A stretch of DNA of 64,000 nucleotides. Origin: a virus (taxonomy: Duplodnaviria; Heunggongvirae; Uroviricota; Caudoviricetes). The translations under genes and the position numbers were made by a program. The stretch is taken from positions 1 to 64,000 of IMG/VR virus record IMGVR_UViG_3300023174_004816; one strand, given 5' to 3'. Positions 10,828 to 19,930 of the stretch are shown in pieces. The notes below the pieces were generated by a model. It did no database searches. It saw nothing but the letters and a program-made list of their open reading frames with translations, and was not told where the DNA came from. Positions within the stretch are counted from its first letter, which is position 1. Each line of letters begins with the position of its first letter.

Positions 10828-11129
10828 ATCATTTAACACCCGGTGAAATTTACACTTTTAAACTTGTCAGCGGCGAGGAAATTACCGCTAAAATCTTCAA
10901 AAATACTGACGGTATTTTTGAAGTAACTCAACCCATCAGCATGGTGTTGGGCCCTCAAGGGCTACAAATGATGCCCAGCTTGTTCAGCTCAAATCCCGAA
11001 AAAAATGTCTATATAAATACTGTTAATATTGCCATGGCGGCAGAAACTCGCGAAGATGTGCGAGCCAAGTACATCGAAGCCACTACTGGAATCGTTACTC
11101 CGCCTGCCAAGCAAATTATAACAGGTTAG
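10824..11129 (+). CDS. hypothetical protein
   Basis: 101-aa ORF, ATGA overlap with the glutaredoxin stop. Confidence 0.4.
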   Translation: MNHLTPGEIYTFKLVSGEEITAKIFKNTDGIFEVTQPISMVLGPQGLQMMPSLFSSNPEKNVYINTVNIAMAAETREDVRAKYIEATTGIVTPPAKQIITG

Positions 11130-11133
11130 TACA

Positions 11134-11349
11134 ATGGCTCACAGGTTTGTGGTCAAGAAGGACAATGAAATACTAGAATTTCAACGGTATGAAGATATAC
11201 CTGATGAATTTGATCATTTGTTGGGGTTTCTACCAGAAATTCCTCCTCCACCACACACCGACGAGCAACATGAAGAAATAGAATCTTGGATATCCAAGTT
11301 TAACAGATTGATGGAGATAGAACATGCCAGCACAAGCAAGAGTAGGTGA
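11134..11349 (+). CDS. hypothetical acidic protein
   Basis: 71-aa ORF; no motif. Confidence 0.35.
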   Translation: MAHRFVVKKDNEILEFQRYEDIPDEFDHLLGFLPEIPPPPHTDEQHEEIESWISKFNRLMEIEHASTSKSR

Positions 11350-11614
11350 TCCAGGAATTCCACATTGCAGTCCTTATGTGATAGCGACTGGGTCATTAGA
11401 TGTAATAGTCAACGGCAAGCCCGCGGCCTACCTGGGATCCTTGTCTACACCCCATTTGATCCCTGCTGGAAAATTTTGTGTTACTCATGTAGCACCAGTG
11501 GTGTTTGGCAGCACGTCTGTTATAATCAACGGCAAGCCTGCGGCCAGAGTTGGGGACCCGTTGGGTACCTGTACAGCTATTGCTCTAGGCAGTTTTGACG
11601 TGGTCACAGGATAA
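11324..11614 (+). CDS. PAAR-repeat protein (spike-tip, T4 gp5.4/T6SS PAAR-like)
   Basis: Repeated ARVGDP...C motifs (AQARVGDPGIPHC, AARVGDPLGTC) and VIVNGKPAA repeats; GGAG RBS before ATG 11324. Confidence 0.8.
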   Translation: MPAQARVGDPGIPHCSPYVIATGSLDVIVNGKPAAYLGSLSTPHLIPAGKFCVTHVAPVVFGSTSVIINGKPAARVGDPLGTCTAIALGSFDVVTG

Positions 11615-11620
11615 AGTTTC

Positions 11621-13855
11621 ATGGCGTGTAGTGGTGCTATAACTTCCATAGTAATGACCGCGGCAGGATCATTTATTGCCAACGGCGGTCTCACTGAAGT
11701 GTTTGGTGCAGAACCTTTTAGTTCTCTTGCTGGCGCCACTGGAGACCTAGTATCGGTGGCTGGTGATGCCACCATGATGTGTACTGCTGAAACAGTGGGT
11801 GCCATTACAGAAACTGTTGGCCAGAGTTGGTATCAATCTCTTGGGACTACATTGTCTTCAATGAAAGATTCTGTGTTGGAATTCACAGCTGGCATGAAGG
11901 ATGCGTGGAATCAAATTGCCACTGCGCCAGCTGCCGCTGGAAAAGAAATTTTCAACGCCACTCAAGGTACCTGGGGACCACAGACAGCACAGTTTCTGCA
12001 AACTGTGACCACTAACACTTTTCAAACAGCTCTTGACATGGGTCTAAGCACAGTTGGTACCACGCTGGGTGGCAGTGGTCAACTTGTTGCTGGAGTCATG
12101 CAAGGAGATCCTAGAGTTCTTGGACAGATAATTCCTGGCGCATCGAGCTATGTTAATCTAGCAAACTCCTTTATCAATGCATCTAAAAAAGGTGGCACCC
12201 TTGACAAAACTTTTCAAAGCCTTGACAACACCATCACTGCCGGAGTCGATGGTGTAAGCAACTGGTTCAAAGGATTGGGAACTGATACAGCCAAATTAGG
12301 CGACACTGTGAGTTGGGAAAATTTATCAAACCTAGGCAGTCCTGGACAACTTGTTGCCAACATGGAAAACAACGGCACACTGGGTCCATTGTATGACAAG
12401 ATGAAAAACATAACTCTCAGCGAAAAAGACGCACAACAGCTGGGTTACAATGTAGTTACATCTGTGTACGGTGTAGCCACTGGCAGTAAGAATTCAGTGG
12501 GCGTGTTTGATTTAAGCAGAGGTATTACCTTGGGATCTTTGGGAGTTGATCTAAACACTGTGGCACGACAAGGTGCCAACCTTCCATCAGGAGTACAGAG
12601 ACAAATATATGATGTTCTGGGAACACTTAACACCACAGAAGTAGCACAGGTCAAAGGCATCTTAAATAACACTCAATCAGCAATAACCAAAGGCACTGAT
12701 TTATTAAATCCACAAAAACTGTTTGCATCAAGTTATACCACACTCACCACTCCAATTCGCACTGCCAGCCCCGGATGGAGAGCTATCTATGAAAATGAAT
12801 CCGGCAGTGTAAATCCAGAACTCGATCAGCTAGGCGACAATCTCAAAGGTATTATTCCTGATGATCTTGCAGTGGCCAATGCCGCAGTTGCTAGAAGTTT
12901 TGGTCAGATCAAAGGCATACAAGGCAGTAACTCCGCCACACTGGGTGCTACCATTGCCAGTTTAGAAAATCTCAGAGGTTTGCCAGACTTAGAAAATCAA
13001 AGTCAATATGTCACTGACGGTGTAAAACAATTTTGGCAAGATTACTATGGCAATGATTACAACATCAAACTTGGTACAGGAAACTTTGACACCTTGGTAT
13101 TGTCGGATGTCATAGGCTTTGCGGCAGGATACAACAGCGCATTTCCGATCAAAGAAAGCGCACCCTTATTGGATTCATTAAACAGTGCAGGAGCTCTCGA
13201 TGCATTTACCTTTGACGACCCACTGGCTTCGCCAAATCCCATCTACGGAATTTACACAGTGATTCAAAACTTCTGTGCAGGTGCTTACACTGCCGAGGAT
13301 CCAATGATGCCAGGTGATTGGTACACAACTATACCTCCAGGATCAGCAGCCGCTGGTGTATATGGGCCGTTTGCCACAGAGGAAGAGGCATTTGAAGACG
13401 CATGGCTCAATGGCATAATACCTTACACCGCAGTGGCCAGTGCTGACATCTATGAAAACAATCCTGAAGCTCAGACAGTCAATGCCAATGACAGTGTTTG
13501 GCAAGATCAATACGGTAGAGAGTATCTAAATCGTCAACGCATGGACCTTGTGGTCGGAGACATTCGCCCCAGCGATCAAACTGCCATCAGCTTTGCACAA
13601 TCATTGGCCACTTATGGTACAGAAACTGATTTTGGCGGACCAGCGATGTGGCTAGAACGTACGATAGATGTCAGCAGTCTTGGCGGACAATCAGTGATTG
13701 CGGCCATGCGTGAAGGTCGTAATGCCAGCAAATTGTCAGCTATTGGATTGCAAACAGATGCGCCTCTCAGCACTGCTGGACTGGAATATCCTGGCGATCT
13801 AACTCCTAACCAATACGACAAAGACGAGGCCAACGCCTTGGTAATTCGTACTTAA
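11621..13855 (+). CDS. large hypothetical protein downstream of PAAR (possible tail-associated or ejected protein)
   Basis: 744 aa, Gly/Thr/Ser-rich N-terminal half; begins 7 nt after the PAAR stop. Confidence 0.5.
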   Translation: MACSGAITSIVMTAAGSFIANGGLTEVFGAEPFSSLAGATGDLVSVAGDATMMCTAETVGAITETVGQSWYQSLGTTLSSMKDSVLEFTAGMKDAWNQIATAPAAAGKEIFNATQGTWGPQTAQFLQTVTTNTFQTALDMGLSTVGTTLGGSGQLVAGVMQGDPRVLGQIIPGASSYVNLANSFINASKKGGTLDKTFQSLDNTITAGVDGVSNWFKGLGTDTAKLGDTVSWENLSNLGSPGQLVANMENNGTLGPLYDKMKNITLSEKDAQQLGYNVVTSVYGVATGSKNSVGVFDLSRGITLGSLGVDLNTVARQGANLPSGVQRQIYDVLGTLNTTEVAQVKGILNNTQSAITKGTDLLNPQKLFASSYTTLTTPIRTASPGWRAIYENESGSVNPELDQLGDNLKGIIPDDLAVANAAVARSFGQIKGIQGSNSATLGATIASLENLRGLPDLENQSQYVTDGVKQFWQDYYGNDYNIKLGTGNFDTLVLSDVIGFAAGYNSAFPIKESAPLLDSLNSAGALDAFTFDDPLASPNPIYGIYTVIQNFCAGAYTAEDPMMPGDWYTTIPPGSAAAGVYGPFATEEEAFEDAWLNGIIPYTAVASADIYENNPEAQTVNANDSVWQDQYGREYLNRQRMDLVVGDIRPSDQTAISFAQSLATYGTETDFGGPAMWLERTIDVSSLGGQSVIAAMREGRNASKLSAIGLQTDAPLSTAGLEYPGDLTPNQYDKDEANALVIRT

Positions 13856-13856
13856 T

Positions 13857-13926
13857 ACTAAGTTAGTACACACTAACCTCTGTGTTTATGGGCGGTTGAC
13901 ACGAAATGAATCTTTCTTTATAATAG
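13857..13926 (+). promoter_or_regulatory. palindrome (TTAGTacacACTAA) plus sigma70-like promoter GGCGGTTGACA-17-TATAAT (repeated cassette, copy 1)
   Basis: TTGACA at 13896-13901, TATAAT at 13919-13924; followed by the conserved cATACAGTTAaAAAAGGAG leader. Confidence 0.6.
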
Positions 13927-13953
13927 TTGCATACAGTTAAAAAAGGAGCTGGT

Positions 13954-14229
13954 ATGCGCCGCAAGACTATTATAGACGGTTTCCGCAACGGACAGAAATT
14001 CCGTGTTATTTTCCGCAATGGTGGCAGTGAGTACGACATTGGTATGTATATGACCATCCAGCAAATGACAGACAACATGGCCACAGTTCAAGCAAGAACC
14101 GCTGTATGGGATGCCATGTCAAAGTTGGCCAATATGCGTTATTTTGCTCAAGTCAACAAAGAGCCCATGCCAGTGGGACTGGTTTGTGACTCTTCAGGTT
14201 TTCAAGTACAGGTGGACCTATGCGACTAG
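13954..14229 (+). CDS. hypothetical protein
   Basis: ORF track starts at alternative TTG 13927, which lies inside the promoter; ATG 13954 is preceded by AAAGGAG. Confidence 0.5.
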   Translation: MRRKTIIDGFRNGQKFRVIFRNGGSEYDIGMYMTIQQMTDNMATVQARTAVWDAMSKLANMRYFAQVNKEPMPVGLVCDSSGFQVQVDLCD

Positions 14230-14399
14230 ATCCGTTGGGTGTGAGTTTGATAATCACTCTACAACCTGAAGATGTAGAGACCTTGCAACTCATTCAAGAA
14301 CGACATAGTCGCGATGACCACACAGGTATTATCGCTCACATTTTATCACAGTACGAAATGAAGGTCGACTCCGGCCTAAATACAAAGGTACAGGCATGA
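14220..14399 (+). CDS. small hypothetical protein (59 aa), translationally coupled on both sides
   Basis: ATG 14220 overlaps the upstream stop, and its own TGA overlaps the ligase ATG (ATGA); not in the ORF track because it is under 60 aa. Confidence 0.35.
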   Translation: MRLDPLGVSLIITLQPEDVETLQLIQERHSRDDHTGIIAHILSQYEMKVDSGLNTKVQA

Positions 14400-15769
14400 C
14401 TCAGGCTCGCAATTGGCAAAGTGAAGAATATAATGGACTCAACGTGGCAGTAGATTGGATCGAAGATCTCGAAGGCAACGACTCTAGGCTACACAAAGAA
14501 GCAGTGATCGAAAAGGCTCTAGTGGCGGCTCGTCTGGGCTCAGCAGGTGCTCAATGTTTTTTATACAACTGTTACCTGGCCTACAATCCTTATTTCGTCT
14601 ATGGTGTAAAGAAAGTTCCTGAGACCAAGGACCTCACAGGGAAAGATAATCCCTGGGTAGAGTTTTGGGCACTCACAGAAGCTCTCCGAACTCGTAGCAT
14701 CACTGGCAACCGGGCACGTGATAAAATAGAAGAGCTGGCCGGTCGTTTTGACTCTGACGAGTGGAACGGTTTGGCCCGCCGGGTACTGATCAAAGATCTA
14801 CGCTGTGGCATATCAGAAAAAACTTTAAACAAGGTGCTAGGCAACTCAGAATGGAAGATTCCTGTGTTTACTTGTCAGCTGGCCACAGACTCTAACGATC
14901 ATCAAAGCAAACTCAAAGGTCGAAAGCGCATTGAGTGTAAACTGGATGGTGTGCGTGTGTTGGCTGTGGTAACTAAAAGTCATGTAAACTTGTACAGCCG
15001 CAATGGCAAGCCTTTTGACAACTTTCCTCAGGTGGCCGAAGCCATTGAATCATTCCGCAATAAAATGAGTCTCACTACCAAAGGGCCGTTTGTATTGGAT
15101 GGCGAGATTGTGGGAGAAAGTTTTCAAGAACTTATGAAGCAGGCACAGCGTAAAAGTGATGCCAAAACCGAAGGCATGACTTATTATGTGTTTGATATCA
15201 TACCTATCACAGACTTTGAACGTGGGTTTTGGAACGCCCAACAATATAAGCGTACACAAATGCTAGAAGAACATCGTGCTGTGATAGATGCCAGTGATTG
15301 TGTGCGTGTGATGCCAGGCTTGGATGTGGATTTGGATACCGGTGAAGGACATGACATCATGCGGCGCTTTGCTGAAGATGCTGTGGCACAAGGCTATGAA
15401 GGCATTATGATCAAAGACGTGGGTGCTCCTTATGAGTGTAAGCGTAGCAGTTTTTGGATGAAGTGGAAACCCACTATCACAGTGGATTTGAATATTGTTG
15501 GTTTCGAACAAGGCACCGGTCGTAACCAGGATCGTTTGGGTGCGTTAATTTGCGAAGGAGTTGACAATGGACGTGATATCCGTGTTAATGTTGGTAGCGG
15601 TTTGTCTGATAGCAATCGTGATGAGTATTGGAACGCCAGGAATGACCTTGTTGGTCGAGTGGTTGAAATCCAAGCTGATGCGGTAACACAAAATCAGGAC
15701 GGTACCTACAGTCTCCGCTTTCCTAGGTTCGTTCGATTCCGTGGGTGGGAAGCAGGAGAAAAAATATGA
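14396..15769 (+). CDS. ATP-dependent DNA ligase (compact phage/viral type)
   Basis: KxDGxR adenylation motif (ECKLDGVRVLAV); 457 aa. Confidence 0.88.
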   Translation: MTQARNWQSEEYNGLNVAVDWIEDLEGNDSRLHKEAVIEKALVAARLGSAGAQCFLYNCYLAYNPYFVYGVKKVPETKDLTGKDNPWVEFWALTEALRTRSITGNRARDKIEELAGRFDSDEWNGLARRVLIKDLRCGISEKTLNKVLGNSEWKIPVFTCQLATDSNDHQSKLKGRKRIECKLDGVRVLAVVTKSHVNLYSRNGKPFDNFPQVAEAIESFRNKMSLTTKGPFVLDGEIVGESFQELMKQAQRKSDAKTEGMTYYVFDIIPITDFERGFWNAQQYKRTQMLEEHRAVIDASDCVRVMPGLDVDLDTGEGHDIMRRFAEDAVAQGYEGIMIKDVGAPYECKRSSFWMKWKPTITVDLNIVGFEQGTGRNQDRLGALICEGVDNGRDIRVNVGSGLSDSNRDEYWNARNDLVGRVVEIQADAVTQNQDGTYSLRFPRFVRFRGWEAGEKI

Positions 15770-15942
15770 TTCGCTTGATTTTGGCCTTTGTTGTAGCCTT
15801 TGCTATTTGTTATTTTGGTATCTCAGGATTCCGTAATCTTACCGGAAAAGACAAATGGGCATTGACAAAATTGTTGGCCTATAGTATAATGTGTGCTCTG
15901 TTAGCAGTTGGTCTGCTAACTATCATTGTTGTTCTGTTCTAA
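15766..15942 (+). CDS. small membrane protein (2 TM)
   Basis: MIRLILAFVVAFAICYF...; ATGA overlap with the ligase stop, AGGAGA RBS. Confidence 0.4.
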   Translation: MIRLILAFVVAFAICYFGISGFRNLTGKDKWALTKLLAYSIMCALLAVGLLTIIVVLF

Positions 15943-15952
15943 AGGAAATCTC

Positions 15953-16750
15953 ATGAAACGTATCGCAACCCTGTCTCTCATTGCCGCCGCAGTTCTTGCC
16001 ACTGGCTGTACTCGAATTGAAACCGGTGAAGTTGGTGTTCGAGTTGGATTTGACAAACAAGTCAAACCGGGTGAGCTTATGCCAGGCTCGTTTAATCAAA
16101 CCATCATTGGTGATGTGCTGACATTTCCAGTCAAAGACGTCAATGTCACTCTAAATGATATGACTCCTGTGGCCAAAGACAACTCTACCATGAAGGATCT
16201 TGATGCTGTAGTCGTTTACAACATCAATCCCAGCCAGGTAGCTGAGCTATACAGCACTAAGAACAAATCGTTCCACGCCGAACACAAAGGCGACACTTAT
16301 GTGATGTACAACTACATCGTACAAAACTCTCGTAATGCCATCTACAAAGCCGCCCGAAAGTACGAAGCTCTGGACATGGCAGACAATCGTGAAAATATGG
16401 AACGCCAGATCCAGGAAGAAATCAACAAAAATCTTGCTGAAGAAAAGTTGGACGGTACTATTACTATCAGCCAAGTATTGATTCGTAACGTAGTGCCAGC
16501 TGACAGTGTTGTAGAATCTGCCAACGCACTGGTCCGTGCCAAAAACGAATACAAGCAGAAAGAGGTTGAAGTACAGACTGCTAAAAAAGAAGCTGAACGT
16601 ATGGCCGCCCTGGCCAATAACTCAGCAAGTTCTATCGCATTCATGAACGCCCAGGCCGCACTTAATATCTCAGAAGGTATCAAGAACGGCAAGGTACAGA
16701 CCATTGTTGTGCCTGCCAATTTCAATGCCTTGATGTTGCCCAAGCAGTAA
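15953..16750 (+). CDS. SPFH/band-7 (HflC/K-like) lipoprotein
   Basis: Lipobox LATGC after a signal peptide; RIETGEVGVRVGFDKQV SPFH core; coiled-coil C-terminus. Confidence 0.6.
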   Translation: MKRIATLSLIAAAVLATGCTRIETGEVGVRVGFDKQVKPGELMPGSFNQTIIGDVLTFPVKDVNVTLNDMTPVAKDNSTMKDLDAVVVYNINPSQVAELYSTKNKSFHAEHKGDTYVMYNYIVQNSRNAIYKAARKYEALDMADNRENMERQIQEEINKNLAEEKLDGTITISQVLIRNVVPADSVVESANALVRAKNEYKQKEVEVQTAKKEAERMAALANNSASSIAFMNAQAALNISEGIKNGKVQTIVVPANFNALMLPKQ

Positions 16751-16751
16751 T

Positions 16752-16937
16752 ATGAACTGGATCTTGATCATATTCGTACATGCTGGTGCATTGAGCAACG
16801 CTGATTCTATGGCAATGACTTCTATCGGTGGTTTCCAGAATCAACCAGCATGTCAAACCGCCGGTGAGCAGGCTGTAAAAATGGCCACTGCCACTACCAA
16901 AGCAATGAAGTTTGTTTGTGTAAAAACTGACAAATGA
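16752..16937 (+). CDS. small hydrophobic hypothetical protein
   Basis: 61 aa, starts 2 nt after the previous stop. Confidence 0.3.
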   Translation: MNWILIIFVHAGALSNADSMAMTSIGGFQNQPACQTAGEQAVKMATATTKAMKFVCVKTDK

Positions 16938-17428
16938 AATTGTTTGAACGACATGGTGGCTACTGGCTCTTTTGGGGCAGTACCATCTATCTTGCAGTGG
17001 GATTGTATTGTTCAATTTATTACAAAGACATTCCCACTGCGGCTATACAACTTCCTTGGTTGTTTGTGATGGCAGGGCCTTTGTTGTTTCCGCCATTGGG
17101 CAGATGGCTTAATTTAGACATAGAATGGGATCGTAAGTTTATGAAATGGTTTAACAAAAAAGAAGTACCCCAATATGTACCAGAAGGAATGATGAAAACT
17201 TCGGAAACAAAAGACGAAGCCCCAGCATCCAAAGAGTCAGAAAAGAAAACCACAGGTCAGACCATGTACAGCATCGGACTCACAGACGAAAATCGTGTCA
17301 GCTTTAGAATGGGCTACAGCGAGATTACTATGAATCCACAGGGTGTACAAAACATGATCGATCAATTGGAATTGTTTAAGCAACAGATCATGGATAATGA
17401 ATCCAAGAGCGACAAAAACAATGCTTGA
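16934..17428 (+). CDS. hypothetical membrane protein
   Basis: N-terminal TM segments, ATGA overlap. Confidence 0.4.
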   Translation: MKLFERHGGYWLFWGSTIYLAVGLYCSIYYKDIPTAAIQLPWLFVMAGPLLFPPLGRWLNLDIEWDRKFMKWFNKKEVPQYVPEGMMKTSETKDEAPASKESEKKTTGQTMYSIGLTDENRVSFRMGYSEITMNPQGVQNMIDQLELFKQQIMDNESKSDKNNA

Positions 17429-17717
17429 TTTTGGTATTCGACTTAGAAATCCTTGGCCAGCTCAGCCCTTTAGAAATATCTGGGCTGGCGCAAAACAGTT
17501 GACCGAACATAAGTTTGTAGAACTACAGTTTAGTCATTATCGATTCAACTGGTTCGAGCTTGCAATAGATTTAAACTGGCGACAAACAGATCATGCTGGT
17601 CCCTGGTTCACTGTCAATGTGTTTGGGTGGACTGTGGATTTACGTATAGTGGATAGTCGACACTGGGATGATGTAACCAACGATTGGGTAATTTATGAAA
17701 GCACTACAAGATCCTGA
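17397..17717 (+). CDS. hypothetical protein
   Basis: 106-aa ORF; alternative start ATG 17421. Confidence 0.35.
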   Translation: MNPRATKTMLDFGIRLRNPWPAQPFRNIWAGAKQLTEHKFVELQFSHYRFNWFELAIDLNWRQTDHAGPWFTVNVFGWTVDLRIVDSRHWDDVTNDWVIYESTTRS

Positions 17718-18189
17718 TTTAACTGTTGATCAACGCCAGTTTCTCAATGAGTTGCAAGGTGTTCGACACGTGGTGATCAGTAAATGCCATGGCGGGTTTG
17801 GATTGAGCACCCAGGCTATCAAACTGTATCTCAAACTCAAAGGTCAACGGTGTTGGATTGAAAAAAGCCAGTATGGTACAGACTATGTTTGGTTGGTGCC
17901 TAAACATCAGCGAGTGGATTATGACATTGCCCCAGAAAAATGGCACTCCATGAGTCAGGCTGAACGGCAACAACACAATGCGTTGTGTGATCAACAAATA
18001 TTTTCTGATCGAACCATTGACAGAGATGATCCTGTTCTAGTACAGGTGGTACGAGAGCTAGGATCAAAACGATCCAGCAGTCGATTTGCCGAACTTAAAA
18101 TTATAGAAATACCAGCCGATGTTGCTTGGCAAATCGAAGAATACGATGGCGCCGAATGGGTGGCAGAAAAACACCGAGTTTGGAGTTGA
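17695..18189 (+). CDS. hypothetical protein
   Basis: 164-aa ORF. Confidence 0.4.
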   Translation: MKALQDPDLTVDQRQFLNELQGVRHVVISKCHGGFGLSTQAIKLYLKLKGQRCWIEKSQYGTDYVWLVPKHQRVDYDIAPEKWHSMSQAERQQHNALCDQQIFSDRTIDRDDPVLVQVVRELGSKRSSSRFAELKIIEIPADVAWQIEEYDGAEWVAEKHRVWS

Positions 18190-18214
18190 CATATTCCAAA
18201 AATTACGCTATACT
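18186..18214 (+). promoter_or_regulatory. sigma70-like promoter TTGACA-17-TATACT
   Basis: TTGACA at 18186-18191, TATACT at 18209-18214. Confidence 0.45.
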
Positions 18215-18285
18215 AAAGCGTGGAAAATAAAACTTTACATCGAATCTATGTGACTTTGACTACCCAAGAACAGTGGTATGCTGTC

Positions 18286-18492
18286 ATGCGAGAATGCCGT
18301 GGCTGGTTTGGAAAAAACTGGAAAAGTCAAGGTAGGATAAAAAGAAAACTTTCTGAAGGCATGAGATATGGTCGCGGCGCACCCTTGGTTACGGTGTGGT
18401 TTGACGTGCCGGATTTGCGGTTTGCGACCTGGGTATCGGTGAAATATAGTCTGCAAGTGGCAGGGGAGGACAAGCATCGAACCGGTAAATAA
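18286..18492 (+). CDS. hypothetical protein (start uncertain)
   Basis: The ORF-track start GTG 18220 lies within or after the predicted -10, so an internal ATG 18286 is more plausible. Confidence 0.25.
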   Translation: MRECRGWFGKNWKSQGRIKRKLSEGMRYGRGAPLVTVWFDVPDLRFATWVSVKYSLQVAGEDKHRTGK

Positions 18493-18496
18493 ATCT

Positions 18497-19927
18497 ATGC
18501 TCTTGACATATCTCATGCTCGCGGTGGCATTGTGCTTGAGCGCAGTGGCCGCGTTTTACTCCATAGCCGGATTGGCCGCGATATTCGCCGCCGCCGTGAT
18601 CCCCATTGTGATCATGGGATCTATCCTAGAGGCCGCCAAACTAGTGGTCACAGTGTGGTTGCACGAATACTGGAGCCGTTGCCGCCTAGCAATGAAACTG
18701 TACCTTGTGCCAGCTGTATTCTTTCTCATGCTTATCACCAGCATGGGAATCTTTGGCTTCTTATCAAAAGCGCACTTAGATCAAGCAGTGCCCACCGGCG
18801 ATGTGGCCTCAAAAGTACAGCTCATTGACGAAAAGATTAAAACTGAAAAAGACAACATCGAAGCCGCTCGCAAAGCTCTGCGACAGATGGATGATGCTGT
18901 GGATCAAACCATGGCACGAAGCAATGATGAAAAGGGTGCTGACAAAGCCGCCGCATTGAGACGTAGCCAAGCACGTGAGCGTGGAGTGCTACAAAATGAC
19001 ATAGCCTCCGCACAAAAGAAAATAGCCACTCTCAATGAAGAACGTGCCCCAATTGCCAGTGAGTTGCGTAAAGTAGAAGCTGAAGTAGGACCGATCAAAT
19101 ACATCGCGGCCTTGATCTATGATGACAATCCCGATGCCAACTTATTAGAAAAAGCAGTACGCTGGGTCATCATACTCCTGGTCATAGTGTTTGATCCGTT
19201 GGCTATAATGATGTTGTTGGCTGCCACAGAAAGCCACAAATGGGAACGAGATAAACCTGCAGTTCCTAAAAAACAAGAGGAGACAGACGATGCCGGCAAA
19301 TTGGATGATAATGCTGAACCTGATGCCAAGGATATGGATGGATTGGATGCAGGAAATAGCAATGACCTACAACCCTCTGCTCCGACTATGGGTATTCCGC
19401 CAGAACACTGGGGTGGACAAGACCTAACAGCTCACTTAGAAAAAAAAGATAATGTGGAAGAAATTGTTTTACCAGCAGAAGAAACAGTAGACGACACTGA
19501 TCCTGAAAAACAAGCTCGTCGTGCCTGGAAAGAACTCAACCCACACGATACCATCCATCGTCAAGAACAACTGCTTGAAGAAGGAAAAATAGCTCGTTTG
19601 CCTTGGGAAGATTTACTTACAGCACAAGCCGATGATATTGCACAATTTACCAATGTTGATTTTGGCACCAAGTTTCCAGAAAATCCTGGCAAAGGCGATG
19701 CCTACATACGTGTAGATTACTTGCCAACCAAATTGTTTAAGTGGAACGGAGTTAAATGGATAGAAGTAGATAAAAACACCACGGATAGCTTTGCCTACAA
19801 TGACAATTACATTGATCATTTGATAGCCAAAATTAGCTCAGGTGAATATGATCCTGAATTATTAAATCCCGGCGAACGTGATCAAATCGAACAACGATTA
19901 CGTGCCGACAACAAACTCAACGGGTAA
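18497..19927 (+). CDS. membrane-anchored coiled-coil protein
   Basis: 3 N-terminal TM helices, a long coiled-coil, an acidic linker, and a C-terminal globular domain. Confidence 0.5.
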   Translation: MLLTYLMLAVALCLSAVAAFYSIAGLAAIFAAAVIPIVIMGSILEAAKLVVTVWLHEYWSRCRLAMKLYLVPAVFFLMLITSMGIFGFLSKAHLDQAVPTGDVASKVQLIDEKIKTEKDNIEAARKALRQMDDAVDQTMARSNDEKGADKAAALRRSQARERGVLQNDIASAQKKIATLNEERAPIASELRKVEAEVGPIKYIAALIYDDNPDANLLEKAVRWVIILLVIVFDPLAIMMLLAATESHKWERDKPAVPKKQEETDDAGKLDDNAEPDAKDMDGLDAGNSNDLQPSAPTMGIPPEHWGGQDLTAHLEKKDNVEEIVLPAEETVDDTDPEKQARRAWKELNPHDTIHRQEQLLEEGKIARLPWEDLLTAQADDIAQFTNVDFGTKFPENPGKGDAYIRVDYLPTKLFKWNGVKWIEVDKNTTDSFAYNDNYIDHLIAKISSGEYDPELLNPGERDQIEQRLRADNKLNG

Positions 19928-19930
19928 ACA

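Noticed and set aside
15718-15740. tRNA T-loop-like string GGTTCGTTCGATTCC
   Set aside because: It lies inside the DNA ligase CDS, codes in frame (PRFVRFRGWE), and no acceptor or anticodon stems can be built. It is not a tRNA.
18220-18285. ORF-track start (GTG 18220) of the 90-aa ORF
   Set aside because: It lies inside or immediately after the predicted -10 element, so it cannot be on the transcript. Only the internal ATG 18286 is plausible, and even that is low-confidence.
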